Of a DNA stretch of 64,000 bases, positions 17,739 to 29,700 are shown piece after piece. The notes beneath the pieces are model-generated. The model saw only the letters and a list, made by a program, of their open reading frames with translations. It ran no database searches and was not told the DNA's origin. Made by a program: the position numbers and the translations under genes. How positions within the stretch are numbered: position 1 is the first letter of the stretch; each line of letters opens with the position of its first letter. Source of the stretch: an uncultured virus (IMG/VR IMGVR_UViG_3300017978_000189) (lineage: Duplodnaviria; Heunggongvirae; Uroviricota; Caudoviricetes); the IMG/VR virus record IMGVR_UViG_3300017978_000189; one strand, given 5' to 3'.

Positions 17739-18656
17739 TTAAGCGTAGTTCGTCAATACAGTTGGGGTGCCCCAAGCATTAGAAGTTACATATGTTGTTG
17801 ACGGTGGCTTGACAGTCAAGTTCATTGTAGTCCCAGTAGATACAGTTAAGCCGACACCTTGTGACCAGTTTTCATCAATTGTAGTTACGAATGTAATTAT
17901 ACCGCCGGTTACGTCAACTTTTGCAGTTACATTAATGAAAGATGTAACATATTTTGACAATGCACCCACAGCAGATTGTTTGAATATTTCAACTGAAGTT
18001 GTTGTTAACGCATGATATCCAGTATTAGTACTGATAGTAAAGTCAGTACCCACTGAACCAGAACCACCTGTCTTTGTTGTTCCTGTAAAACTTGTTCCAG
18101 CGATAGTTGATGTGCCAGCACTCAACGTAACTGTACCAAATGCACGACATAAATCATAGAACACTTTATCGATGCCGGAAGATAGATTTGAACCATGTGA
18201 ACATGTAATAGCTAGTTGTCCGCCTGCATTAAAGAAATAACGTGCAGCAGCTCCAGATGTAAATGTAACTGTAGTTGTGTATGTTACTTTATCTAAGAAC
18301 GTTGTAGTTGTTGCCTTTGATGTAGTGACTGACGTTGCTTGCGCGGAAGCATTCAATCTGTTTGTAGTGATAGTTGCCAAATTCGTATTGATAGCATTCA
18401 CGAATTTAACTGAATCCCCAGCTGCTGGTGCAGTGACCGCAGTGATTGTAGAATTCTGATGCGAGGCAATCGAGCTGATTTTGTTTACTAAGTCTGCCCA
18501 TTCTGTAGCTCCTACTTTTCCACCAGCAGCAACTACTGGAAGACTAGTTTGTCCGTACCCAGAATTTCCAGAACCAGAACCCCAAACTGCGTTTAGAGTT
18601 CCTACCAAACTATTGTAATCTTCCGCTTGAATTAATCCATATTGTTGATATGTCAT
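17739..18656 (-). CDS. Virion structural (tail fibre/collar-like) protein
   Basis: Thr/Gly/Ser-rich, GYGQ and RYFFNAGG motifs, GAGGA SD, tail-module location. Confidence 0.65.
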   Translation of the reverse strand: MTYQQYGLIQAEDYNSLVGTLNAVWGSGSGNSGYGQTSLPVVAAGGKVGATEWADLVNKISSIASHQNSTITAVTAPAAGDSVKFVNAINTNLATITTNRLNASAQATSVTTSKATTTTFLDKVTYTTTVTFTSGAAARYFFNAGGQLAITCSHGSNLSSGIDKVFYDLCRAFGTVTLSAGTSTIAGTSFTGTTKTGGSGSVGTDFTISTNTGYHALTTTSVEIFKQSAVGALSKYVTSFINVTAKVDVTGGIITFVTTIDENWSQGVGLTVSTGTTMNLTVKPPSTTYVTSNAWGTPTVLTNYA

Positions 18657-18665
18657 GTTATCCTC

Positions 18666-19898
18666 TTAATTAATCTTGACAGCGGCTTCAATGATGCCTT
18701 CACCGTCATCTGTCTTATTTACTAGAGAACGACCGATTACATTAAAACTTGTCAATTCTTCGTCTTTACCAGCACGGGCAAGACCGTTACCAGCAGAGAC
18801 TAAACGTTGACCCTTCTTAACTTGCCCGACGACACGAACAGATACACGTCCAGACAATGCGATTGGTGGGTGAGTTTCATCAGTACCTGCGCCACCGTTC
18901 AACAAGTATGCGTATGTGTTAGACACAACGCCGAATACTTCTGAACTCAACTCAGCTTTAGCTAATGTAACTTCATAATCACCACCCAATTCAACTACTG
19001 TACCAACAGTATAAACACCGTCAGCAGCATAACGTTCTGCAATGTCAGCAGAGTAAGTAGCTGTCAAACGTGATGTACCTTGTAGTACCCAGTTACCTGT
19101 GATGTTACCACGTGTGCCTTCAGCACCAGTAGTAATGTTTCCAGTTTGAACTGTGTGAGGGAAAATGTTACCAGTAAACTTAGTTACGGATACGTTAGTA
19201 CCTGATAGATATTCAGCAACGTTAGCGTTAGTATATGTACCTGATGGGACCCAAGGAGAACCATCTGTATTCAAATAATGGTCACAACGAACTGATTGTG
19301 TTGTACCCAATGAGATATTGCCGCTTGTAATATTGAAAGCATTTCCAGTAGAAGGACCTACAACAGTCCAAGCTCCAGTAAATGTGCCACCTGTTGTTGC
19401 ACCACCTGTAGTAATTACACGAGTCTCAGTTGTACCTATGTTAGCAGTACCGACGTTTGCAAGAGCAGAGTATACTCGTGTGTTGAAAATACCGTTACCT
19501 TGAGCAATAACATCACGACCTACTAGAACATCAATGTTTGCTGTAATAGTGTTTGCAACAATAGAGTTAGTAACTTCTAAGTTACCTAAGAAAGAGTCAC
19601 CTACTGCATTTGATGATGTTAGAACTACCCAATCAGAAGTAACTGTTGTACCGTCAGCTGGACAAACTTTAAGTTTGTTGTCACTTGTATCATACCACAA
19701 CTGACCCTTCAATGGGTGAGCAGGAGGGGTGTCATTTGCAAAGTTTTCTAGCAAATGCACAAAGTTAGTGTTTAGGACGTTACCGTAACCTGCGTAGTTA
19801 CGTCCTGGTAAGCCCAATGTAGTTCTCTGAGTTTCAAGAACTCCATCCTGAATCGTTACTAGAGTAGAATTATTAGTTCTTAGAATCGTATATGCCAT
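18666..19898 (-). CDS. Tail fibre-like protein with C-terminal intramolecular-chaperone (peptidase G2-like) domain
   Basis: N-terminal GRNYAGYG...LLENFA...GQLWYD; C-terminal ADIAERY...GTVV...GVVS...IALSGRV.V.V.G.V.KG.RLVS. Confidence 0.75.
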   Translation of the reverse strand: MAYTILRTNNSTLVTIQDGVLETQRTTLGLPGRNYAGYGNVLNTNFVHLLENFANDTPPAHPLKGQLWYDTSDNKLKVCPADGTTVTSDWVVLTSSNAVGDSFLGNLEVTNSIVANTITANIDVLVGRDVIAQGNGIFNTRVYSALANVGTANIGTTETRVITTGGATTGGTFTGAWTVVGPSTGNAFNITSGNISLGTTQSVRCDHYLNTDGSPWVPSGTYTNANVAEYLSGTNVSVTKFTGNIFPHTVQTGNITTGAEGTRGNITGNWVLQGTSRLTATYSADIAERYAADGVYTVGTVVELGGDYEVTLAKAELSSEVFGVVSNTYAYLLNGGAGTDETHPPIALSGRVSVRVVGQVKKGQRLVSAGNGLARAGKDEELTSFNVIGRSLVNKTDDGEGIIEAAVKIN

Positions 19899-19928
19899 GA
19901 AAATGCTCCGTTATTATTATATTTATCT

Positions 19929-20549
19929 TTAACCTGTAATCAAGTTTGTCAATGATTGGATTCTGACTGTATAATCAATCTGAATCTGTCTGTTTAGTGA
20001 CTTTTGTACCGGATGAAAAATGACATGGGTTAGCATTTTTGTCAATTCATCCCCGCTTTCGTTAATACCGTCGAAACTCACCAAGCCCAATTCATCAAAA
20101 ACGTATGGAGTTTGGGTTTCTGTACCGTTGTCGAATGCCATTTGCCCAGCGGGTTCACTGTAATCTAACAAACAAGAAACAACAATGTCAGAGTAGACTT
20201 TCCCCAATGGGTGACTAATTGACATTTTGTTACGTGATGGATTCGTGTTGGAAATGTTAGTATCGTCAACTACTTTTGCAAACGTTTGATTATACAAAGT
20301 CGCACTTGCACCAGTAACGTTCGGTGGCAAATATGTAATAACACCTGTCTGGTCAATGCTTGAACCACCGTTACCGAAAGCCATCTTGTAGATTGCCCCT
20401 GTGCCGCGATTGCTCAAAGCATTAGCTAACGCAATACTCATATTCTCATAGTGAATAGCGTTTTTCTTATCCACTAAAACTTCCCCAGTAGTTGGGTCAA
20501 AAATCTTCAAAAAGCCCTCGATTTGCATAGGGATTAAAACTTGTGCCAT
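19929..20549 (-). CDS. Baseplate/tail-fibre attachment protein
   Basis: KNAIH, MAFGNGG, FDELGL and LTHVIFHPVQKS motifs; tail-module location. Confidence 0.6.
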   Translation of the reverse strand: MAQVLIPMQIEGFLKIFDPTTGEVLVDKKNAIHYENMSIALANALSNRGTGAIYKMAFGNGGSSIDQTGVITYLPPNVTGASATLYNQTFAKVVDDTNISNTNPSRNKMSISHPLGKVYSDIVVSCLLDYSEPAGQMAFDNGTETQTPYVFDELGLVSFDGINESGDELTKMLTHVIFHPVQKSLNRQIQIDYTVRIQSLTNLITG

Positions 20550-20699
20550 TTAAATGTCGCCTCGTAATTGTACTAACACTTCTTCCGTGTTAGGGTCGTG
20601 TATTTTCACACTTGTACTAAAGAAAACCCCGTTGAACTCATCTACTTTGGACTGTTCAACTTTTTCTTGGGGTTCTTTGTCTTCGGGTTTATCACTCAT
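20550..20699 (-). CDS. 49-aa hypothetical protein
   Basis: Manual: MSDKPEDKEPQEKVEQSKVDEFNGVFFSTSVKIHDPNTEEVLVQLRGDI; GATAAATA 6 nt before the ATG; its stop abuts the next ATG. Confidence 0.7.
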   Translation of the reverse strand: MSDKPEDKEPQEKVEQSKVDEFNGVFFSTSVKIHDPNTEEVLVQLRGDI

Positions 20700-20715
20700 A
20701 AACTATATTTATCTC

Positions 20716-23700
20716 TCAAATATTGTTCATTTGCAAGAACTTCGCAGGTTCAGTCTGACTCAACTGCAACGGAATCTCGAACGTATGATATTGGAACACT
20801 GTAGTATCTGTCCAAACTCTATCATAGTACGCTGGGTCCATTACCTTTGCGCTACTTAAACTAATTACTCTGCTATTGACAGGGTGATATGGTTGAATCT
20901 GTGTTCCGTATGAACCTCTTGTGATTCCAAGCAATACGTTATTTTCTAAGTCAACTTCTGCAAAATGAATCTTTTCACCGTTGACTTCGATAGTATCACC
21001 ACGGTAAATTGTCAAGGTCAATTCATCACCAACTTCAACAAAATCGTCAAACACTACTGCAGGACGACCAGTAATCATTCTCAATGCTGTGAAATCGTAA
21101 GGAACCTGAACGTCTTTAGTTATATCATAGATTGACACGCCTGACACATCAGTGAAGAAGCCGTTAACAAATGCATATAGTGTACCATCGGCATTCTGTT
21201 CTACAATTGATTGTGTATTTGACTTCTCAATCAAGTACTCAACGTCTTGAACATGGATTTCTGTGTCAACATCGTTGATTTCTTTAACCAACCATGTTGT
21301 GTCTTCCATATTCATACGGCGAATAACTTTATTGTTGTTCTTGTCAATCTCGATGCGATATGTTTGCTGATTTGGTGAAGCTGACGATACCATAGCAGTT
21401 GCCATTACAACTTGACCTTCTTGTACAGGATAGTCAATAGTCATCAAGTTGTCATCCCCAAATGTAATTAACGCAGGGTCGATGCGAAGACCATCAACTG
21501 TCACCCAAGCACGTTGACCGTTGCTGTATACAATCGGAGACATTGGGCTCGGTACCAACGTATCTGGACTCGGTACTGTTATTGAGTATGTTGAGTAATT
21601 GTCAGTTGACACTTCACTAGCAGTAGACATATATTGACGAGTAATACCATTAAACATAGTTACTGCTACAGTTTGTCCTTCCTGAACTTCGTTCAATAAA
21701 GTTAGTGTGAAACTGTTTTCATCTATTAAGTAGTCGTTTAAGAATCTTAAACGAACACCGTCGACTTCAACGATTGCACTTGGAATTGAATTTCTAAAGT
21801 TAGGGGTAGGTAGAGCTGTCACTCCTAATGAGATAACAAACTCAGTACCACCTTCAGTAAACAATTGGGTTTCTGGCAATGAGACATAATGCTCATCAAT
21901 GTTGTCAGAAGATTTACCAGTACGTACAATAGAATATACAATGTAATCTGTTTCCGAATCGTATGTTTCGTTCAGTGACAAGATTAACGAATTGTTGTCG
22001 CCTTCATACGTTGTGAAGTCTACCCCAAACTCTAAGCGTGTTAACACTTCGCCTTGTTTTTGTGCAAGAACGACTGGAGTAAGGTCTTTACCATACAACA
22101 TTGGCAGTCCGGTGTTAATAGAGCTATGTCCGGTATTAACGTCATCGAACAACGGCATAGTCTCAGTGCTTTCACGTTGTCTCTCTGTCGCATTGCCAAA
22201 TTCATAAAGTTCTAATAACACAGTTTTCCCTATCAAACCTTCACTGTTAACTGTAACAGTTTTAGTATTCCAGTTGATTGTGTAAGTGTACGGGATTGCT
22301 ACTGTTGAGAAGTTTTCATACAAACGAGTCATAGTACCATCTTCATTTATAATGAATACCGCTGCACCTGCACCATTGGCTACAGTTTCCGCGAAAGATG
22401 CTGTTAGAGTTTCGTTGATTTCACGCTTGACTTGGATCATACTAAATCCAGACGCATAGTACCAAATCTGTTCAGATCCGTCTCTGTTCCAATATGCACC
22501 GGGCGCTGAGGTAACAGTCATGTTGACTTTATCTGAAATAATGCCAGCGACCATTTCTTCTGGTCCATAACCAAACAAGAAGTCGTTGCCCTTAACTACA
22601 TAAGTAGTGTCAGATAAAGTTTGAGTCAAGATGTTTGTCCAAGTTGAACCATTAGAGCTAACTCGCAATGTTCCGTTTTGTCCAGAAATTACAAAATTGC
22701 TATTAATGAATACAATCGAGAACAATGTTTCATTGACGGTAACTGACTGTTGTACCCATGTCAAACCATCATCTGACGTTAAAATGATGCCAGACGCAGT
22801 GATTGCAATTAACATTCCATTTCCGTAAGCAACGTCAATGATAGATTCGTTGATATCGTCACCGTCGATGAACGCTTCAACCCATGTTACTGCATTTCCG
22901 CTGAACATTATCTTACCAGATTCTCCTACTGCTACCAATCCTTCAGGTGTTGCTGTTGCTGCTACTGGAACAAACATAGTATTCACTGAATTTACCACTG
23001 ACCATGTCTTTGCGTCAACACTAGTCAAGACTAATGCAGCAGTACCGAGTGTTGGTGCAGGAGTATCGACTCCATCAGTCACAATTATTCTAGATCCTAC
23101 AGCAACATATCCTTTATATTGCTCAGTGTCTAAGAATACTACATCTCTGAGAGTATTAAATGTTCTAATTGCATCACCGACTGTGTGAGTAGTTGTCCAG
23201 ACTAAGCATCCAGATGATGCATCAATTTTGCTTCCGACAGTGATGAACTCACCGTCCACTGTTGCGGAATTCAAAATGCCACCTAAACTAATTTGTAAAG
23301 TAGAGTCATCGTATGAACCGTCATCAAAATCTAACGAATCGTAAGTAGTTTTATCACCTAGACCTATCCAGCGAGCTCCATCAAAACTAACCAATAGTGG
23401 ATTAGTATCATCATCAAGAGTAATTACATACTTTTCATCTGAATAAGAGAAACTTGTCACTGGCAATTCTTGTAGAGAAATTCTAGTTGATTTCCATGTG
23501 CCAACCTCAGTTTGTGTCAACACGAACGTTAGACCGTCACATGTAGCGACTGCGACATAATTTGTGCCGTTAAAGACTACGCCCTTAACATCAGCTTCGC
23601 TATTTGTGAATAAGTTATCAGTCAAGATTACATCTTCTTCAACAACGTCTTCAGGTGCAAACTTGTTACCAAAGTACACAGTGTTTGGATAAGTAATGCC

Positions 23701-26700
23701 TTTTAATAATTGCTGATGGTCTTTCGGAACCATACCAATTGTTGGCTGATAGAATCCGTCAATACGTTCCAACGCTGTCATTGACACGTCGGCAGTTGTC
23801 AACGGAGTCCACTTAGATGGGTCAAACACCTCATCAAAATTACTCTCCTTACATGCCCAAATTACTCCGGCATATGTTACTATCGAGACAGTCTCGTGCT
23901 GTGAGAAGATATCGTGAGACACTGGTTCAGGTAAGTAAGCATAATCATTGCCTACGTCACCGAAGTCCTGTGTTAGATTCAACGCACCATTCCAAATGAA
24001 TGATGTGAACGGTACTCTACTAATCATCGCTGGGTCTGAGTATACGTTAACTTCTGTGCTATTAACTGGCTTAACATAGAATTCATCAAATGTGCCGGCT
24101 GCTCTACCTGATACAGTTGCAATTATAATCGCACCAGTGTTTTCATCAGCATACTTGATTAGAATAGTCGCATCATTTACACCATCTTGTCCACCTAGTT
24201 CTGAGCCACTAATTCTAATTACATAGTCGTTAGTGTAGATAGTTCCCGGAGATACTACTTTAATAGTGTACACTTCTGATAACTTGTTGTTACCAAATTT
24301 TGGTCTAAAGATTTGAATCTCAGCACGTCCGTTTGTTCCATCAACAATTGATGGAGTATAACTAGGAGTAACTTTGTAGAATTGCAGCATTGCGTTATCA
24401 ATTTGCCCAGGGCTAATGTTACTGTATGCGTAGTCAAATCCTACGACTGCAAAGCCGTTGTCATTACGCAGACCATTAATTGGTAACACTACACCTTGTG
24501 CGCTTGATAAGATTGTAGTAGAACTACTTTCTTCAGAAGAAGAAGAATCGTTACCTAAACTAGAGTAAGGAGCTGACCAGAATAAACCTGGTTGCCATTC
24601 TTTAACTTTACTTGAATAACTAACTCTGTCAAATTTGATAGTTGTTTTCAAATCACGAACACCAGTAGTTCTCATTGTAGGTACTAGTTGTGCAGTGACA
24701 TGTACGTTCAGTACATAGCCAGCTGTTTTTACTGTATTGTTGAACTGAATTCCTTTAGAATCAGTTTTTGCATCTTTGTATGTTTCAAAGAATGTAAGTA
24801 CATAACTTCCACTGCTCTCTGATACTTTTACATAATAGAACCCATCGGCAATTACTGGCTCACCGTCAGTGACCGATTCAACTTTTACAACATCATATGA
24901 ACTAATATCAGCAGTTACATTAACTGTTGTAACTAACTTACTATTGGCAACATCAATTAGATTATCAGCGCCAAGAGTATCAGTGCTAAAATTATCAAAT
25001 GTGAATGTTGCGCTAGGTTCGACAATCAATTCAGGAGTAGTTACATAACCTTCACCTGGTTGAATTACTTTTACTGCCACTACTTTATCAGCCTGCATCA
25101 CAGCTTCGAATAATGCTTCGCTTCGTGGGGCTGGGTAAACAGTAGTGTCAATCACCGCTGTAATCTTTGGAGGGAGTTGATAGTTTTTACCAGGGTTTAA
25201 AACAAACACATCAGGTGTATACATAAAGATAGGTGTGCCTACATGATGTACTGAACGAGGTGTATTATTGACACCACGAGAAACTCCAGTTAACTTGCCA
25301 AGCTGTCTGTCGATACTAGTATAACCGATTTGTTCTGCGCCCAAGTACATGATACCTTGATAAGGAAGTGTGTACGCATTTTCGACATAAACATCAATCA
25401 TGGTCTCGTTAATGTACTGAGTCAAGTTTGTGATGTGCTGAGCCTCACCACCCTTAACGCCCATTCCTAAATTGCTAATCCAGTCAAAGTATCTATAGTC
25501 TCCCCAAACAGAGTCATTGATTGTTTTTTGTTCTGCGTTTGCAGATACACCGAATACAACTTGAGGTGATACAAATTTACCTGCTTCAAAGTCGTAGTAT
25601 GACGGCAAATCAAAGTCCGTAGCTGTACCGTTGACTACATCAGATACTTTATATGTTTCAACAAACTCTTTAAGAACAACGCTGAACGGTTTAATTTCGT
25701 TAACATACCCTTCGATTAAAGAAGTCTCGTCTGCTATATACTTAGGAGTTTGTTTCAACGTGCGGACTGTGTAATTAACATCAGCAAACTTTGTCTTATT
25801 CAACCATGGTAGATAGTTATGAGATTCAATGTTCTCACTTTGAATGAATTCAAACATCAATGTCAAACTCTTGTTACGGTGGATTTCTAAGTCACCTACA
25901 AATAGCTGTTCATTGATTGCACGTACAATATATCTAGTCTCCTGTGCAGTATTGTTGTCGTATAGTTCTAAATCATAGAAACCATTACCGAAACCAATAC
26001 CCTCTGGTGCATAGTCGTACACAGTAGATAAGAATTGATAAGTTCCATTCTCTAAACCAATACGAACCCATTCAGAATTCTGGACTACATAGACTTCTCT
26101 GTTTCCGTTAGAATTCTTAGAGACTGACACAATTAAATTCTCAACTGGTTCGATAGTTTTCAAAATATCAACCGACTCAACTTCAAACTTAGGTCTATTC
26201 TTTTCAGAGTAACCTGTTGCCCACCAATATGAGTAATCCCAATATTTTGTAGTGTCGATGGTTTCTGTAGCGGAGTGCAAGAATGTAGCCGAAGCTGTTT
26301 CTGCTACTGGGAATTGGATGATAATTTTATTAGTGTATTCAACCAAGTTCTTCAGCGCCAGCAAGCGATTGACAAACATACTTTGTCTTGGTCTTACGCT
26401 TACGCCGACTTGCATCAGTTTTGGTAAAGATGCATCAGGTACTGTTGCACCGGCAGCGTCTTCACCTGCAAAGCTGTCAACATATTTTGCGTATAGACCG
26501 TAAGGCTCTGAAACACCTTTCTTGAAATCAGGTAATCCTGGTAAGAACTCAGTTGTATTTGTACTAATCAACTTAAATTCTGTGTGACCTCGAACATCTC
26601 TGTCTGTTGTACTGAAACCAACGTGTATGAATGTATCATCACCTCGAATAAAATCTAATGAGTTATACAATCCAAACACATTAGTGCGTAATGGAGCAAC

Positions 26701-29700
26701 GAAAGGTACACCAGACTCTTGTGGGTATTTGATATACGTTGCGATTGCAGAGTCGGTCAGCGTCTTGCCTAATTTTGAACTAAGCATGTTGGTACCGTTA
26801 ACCCAGAAATAGTATTTTGCAACCAATGCATCAGATGAATCAGTTGTAAAGGATACGCTAAATTGTGTAGTGTTTAACACGATGCCAGGACCAGTGTATT
26901 CGTTAGGTGGAGTGCTACTCTCGACCCAAGTATATACATCGACTGAACTGCCCGGGAACGGAACACCCCAGTGTTTACTATTGTAGGCAACATCATTAGC
27001 TTGATGGTAATTGTAGAATCTTACGTTAGCAGTATTGAACCAAATTTTACCAACGTGGTCTTTACCCCAAGCAATCGTAGTATTAGTGCTACCATTGTTA
27101 TATGCTGCAGGGTCAACAGAGCGGGCAAAATCGATGTTCGATTCTACAACACTTAGTAATTTTCCTTGCAATGGATCAAAATAATCTAATGAGACTTCAG
27201 TTACATTAGTTGAGTTATTGAACAATTGGATCTTGCTTATTTTGTTAATATCAACTACTTGCTCAGATGAGCGATGTACAGACCAGTTAGGTGTTCCAGT
27301 GTCATTTTTATAGATAGTAACTTTGCCACCTAAAGATTCGAAACCAGGTGAGCCAATGATGACTCTGTTGTTAGTAAAATCAACAGAAGCACCATACATC
27401 GGGTGGGATCCATACGCACTAGTTATGTCATTACATGGTTGAGAGTAGACATATTTGCCCATGTTATCTAACGCCTCTTCATATGAATCGATATAGTCGT
27501 ACATATAGACTGCACCGGCACGAGTGAAGGAATCCTCCCAGATTATCATATTATTATCGAAGGCAGTATCAGTATGTGCTGTAGTTTCATCTGTGTAATC
27601 GAAACGTGTAGCTGCAAATCTAGTTGCTGTCGGCGCACCGACTACGAATGAATTCGCCTCATTATACTTAACTGCGAAACCGAACTGTGTTTGATGCTCT
27701 TTATGTGGAGCAACAATAGTTTGCGACATTGGATAAGGCATCATACCTAACATTGTCCAGAAGTTACCGTTAAACACACTTAGATTCAATTTGTTCATGC
27801 TAGGTGCTAACGACATGTCACGCAAGCGAATAATTAATCTGTTATCTTCAGTTGCATACGCAAATATGTTTGTAATATTTGAATTATTGATGCGGTTAGC
27901 AATGTTAGTAGCTGCCCCTAATGGTGTGTATAGTTGACTTGTTGATGGTGCGCAACTTACATTGTACGGGAAAGGTACGCTAAATGTAATCACGCCAGTA
28001 GTGTCATTGACTGAACTATATGCAATATCATATGAGTCACCTGCAAACTTAACAAATCTAATCACGCCAGATTCAGGTAATAGTTTTGCTTCGTTTGGAT
28101 CGATAGTCACTGAAGTAGAGTTTTGAGTTACAGTCGTAGTGATATTAGAAATACCAAACGCATTCACACGATATCCGTTCAAGAGTATGTATGTAGGTTC
28201 GTTCAATGATGCAGGAGTCGACCCAACTAACATACCATAGCGTTTGCCTGGATCAGTGAATCGATAGACTGCACCCTCGTAACCGTCAGAAGTTAATGCA
28301 TATGGAGCTCCGACAATCAATTCTGTACCGTCACTAGAACAGTCCATAGAATAACCGAACCACTGACCTGAGCGTAAGTCTTCGGGAGCACCGTTGATAA
28401 ATGTTCCTGTTTGAACTACCTTAGAATCCTTGACTGTGATAATGTCACCTGCATCAAACCCGATTGGTCCGAAATAAATTGCATTCAGGATAATCAAGTA
28501 TTGGTTAGTACGCAGTCTCTTGCCGTTTTTATAAACCATTGCAGAAATGCCAGGGTACCATGGTAGAATTACCAAGTGTGTGCTTGACTTTGGTACATCT
28601 CTTTGTACTTCAAATGATTCTGCTAGTCTATCAAACGCATAGATGTGTCCTGTAGCAATTTGAGAACCTGATTGGTTGTGCTTAGGAGCACCGATGAACA
28701 GCTTCGTACCATCATAGTTAGTTGCGATACTAGCACCTAGCTGGTCGCCAGCTACATATGACACTGGGTTAGCTAAAATTTCAACTAACTCGTAGTTCAT
28801 TGTTGCAACATATAACTGAGAACCACTAGGAATACTATGAGTAAACTTACTCATTACGTAGAAAGTAGTCTTATCAGTTGTGCTGTTATATGATTTAGTT
28901 GAAACAGTGTAAGTTGCAGTATCATCGAATGAGACTTTATAAACCATTGTGCCAAGTGGGATATTAGGGAAGTATGTAGGTACACCATTCTCTAACCCAA
29001 CCATCAACACAGGTTGTTGCTCAATATAGAACATTGTCTTATTCTCGGAAGGTACATAACTTGACAATATCACTGTAAACAATGTATTTTTAAGATGTGT
29101 ATCACCGAAAGAAATAGTATCTCCGTTTGACAACAATGAAGTTTGATTACCTTCAAGTTTAAACGATTCGCGGATGCGGTCGACTGCATCACTTCTATCA
29201 GGAACAAACTCTTCCGCCAATACAGCCAACTGAGCAAATGATGTTGCGAACGTCACACGCTGACCGTCCTTTACAGTTTGTGTTGCATTACCTGCAACTG
29301 TAAATGAGTTTGAATTGACAACGATATCAGAAGCAACTGCTAAACCTAAACCTGTTTTTAGCAATGAAGGATCTAATGTGTACATGAATACAGAATCGTA
29401 GTCACCTGACTGTGCATTCATAAAGATGTGGTTGCCGTCGCCTGATATAGCGATAGAGTTACCAACAATATCAGATGCTTCGCCTACCCAAACAATAGTT
29501 TGTTCTAACACTGGTTGAGAGAAACCCTCATCAGTTGCATCACGGTATACAAAGATTTGACTGATGTTCGAATGTGGAGCAGAGATAACAATAGTCTTGT
29601 TAGCATGTTTAATCACAGAACCAAAGTTGGTACCTGGATATGATAATGTATTCTTTGGATAGTAGACTCCGTCATCTTTTAAAGATGCATAAACAGTTAC

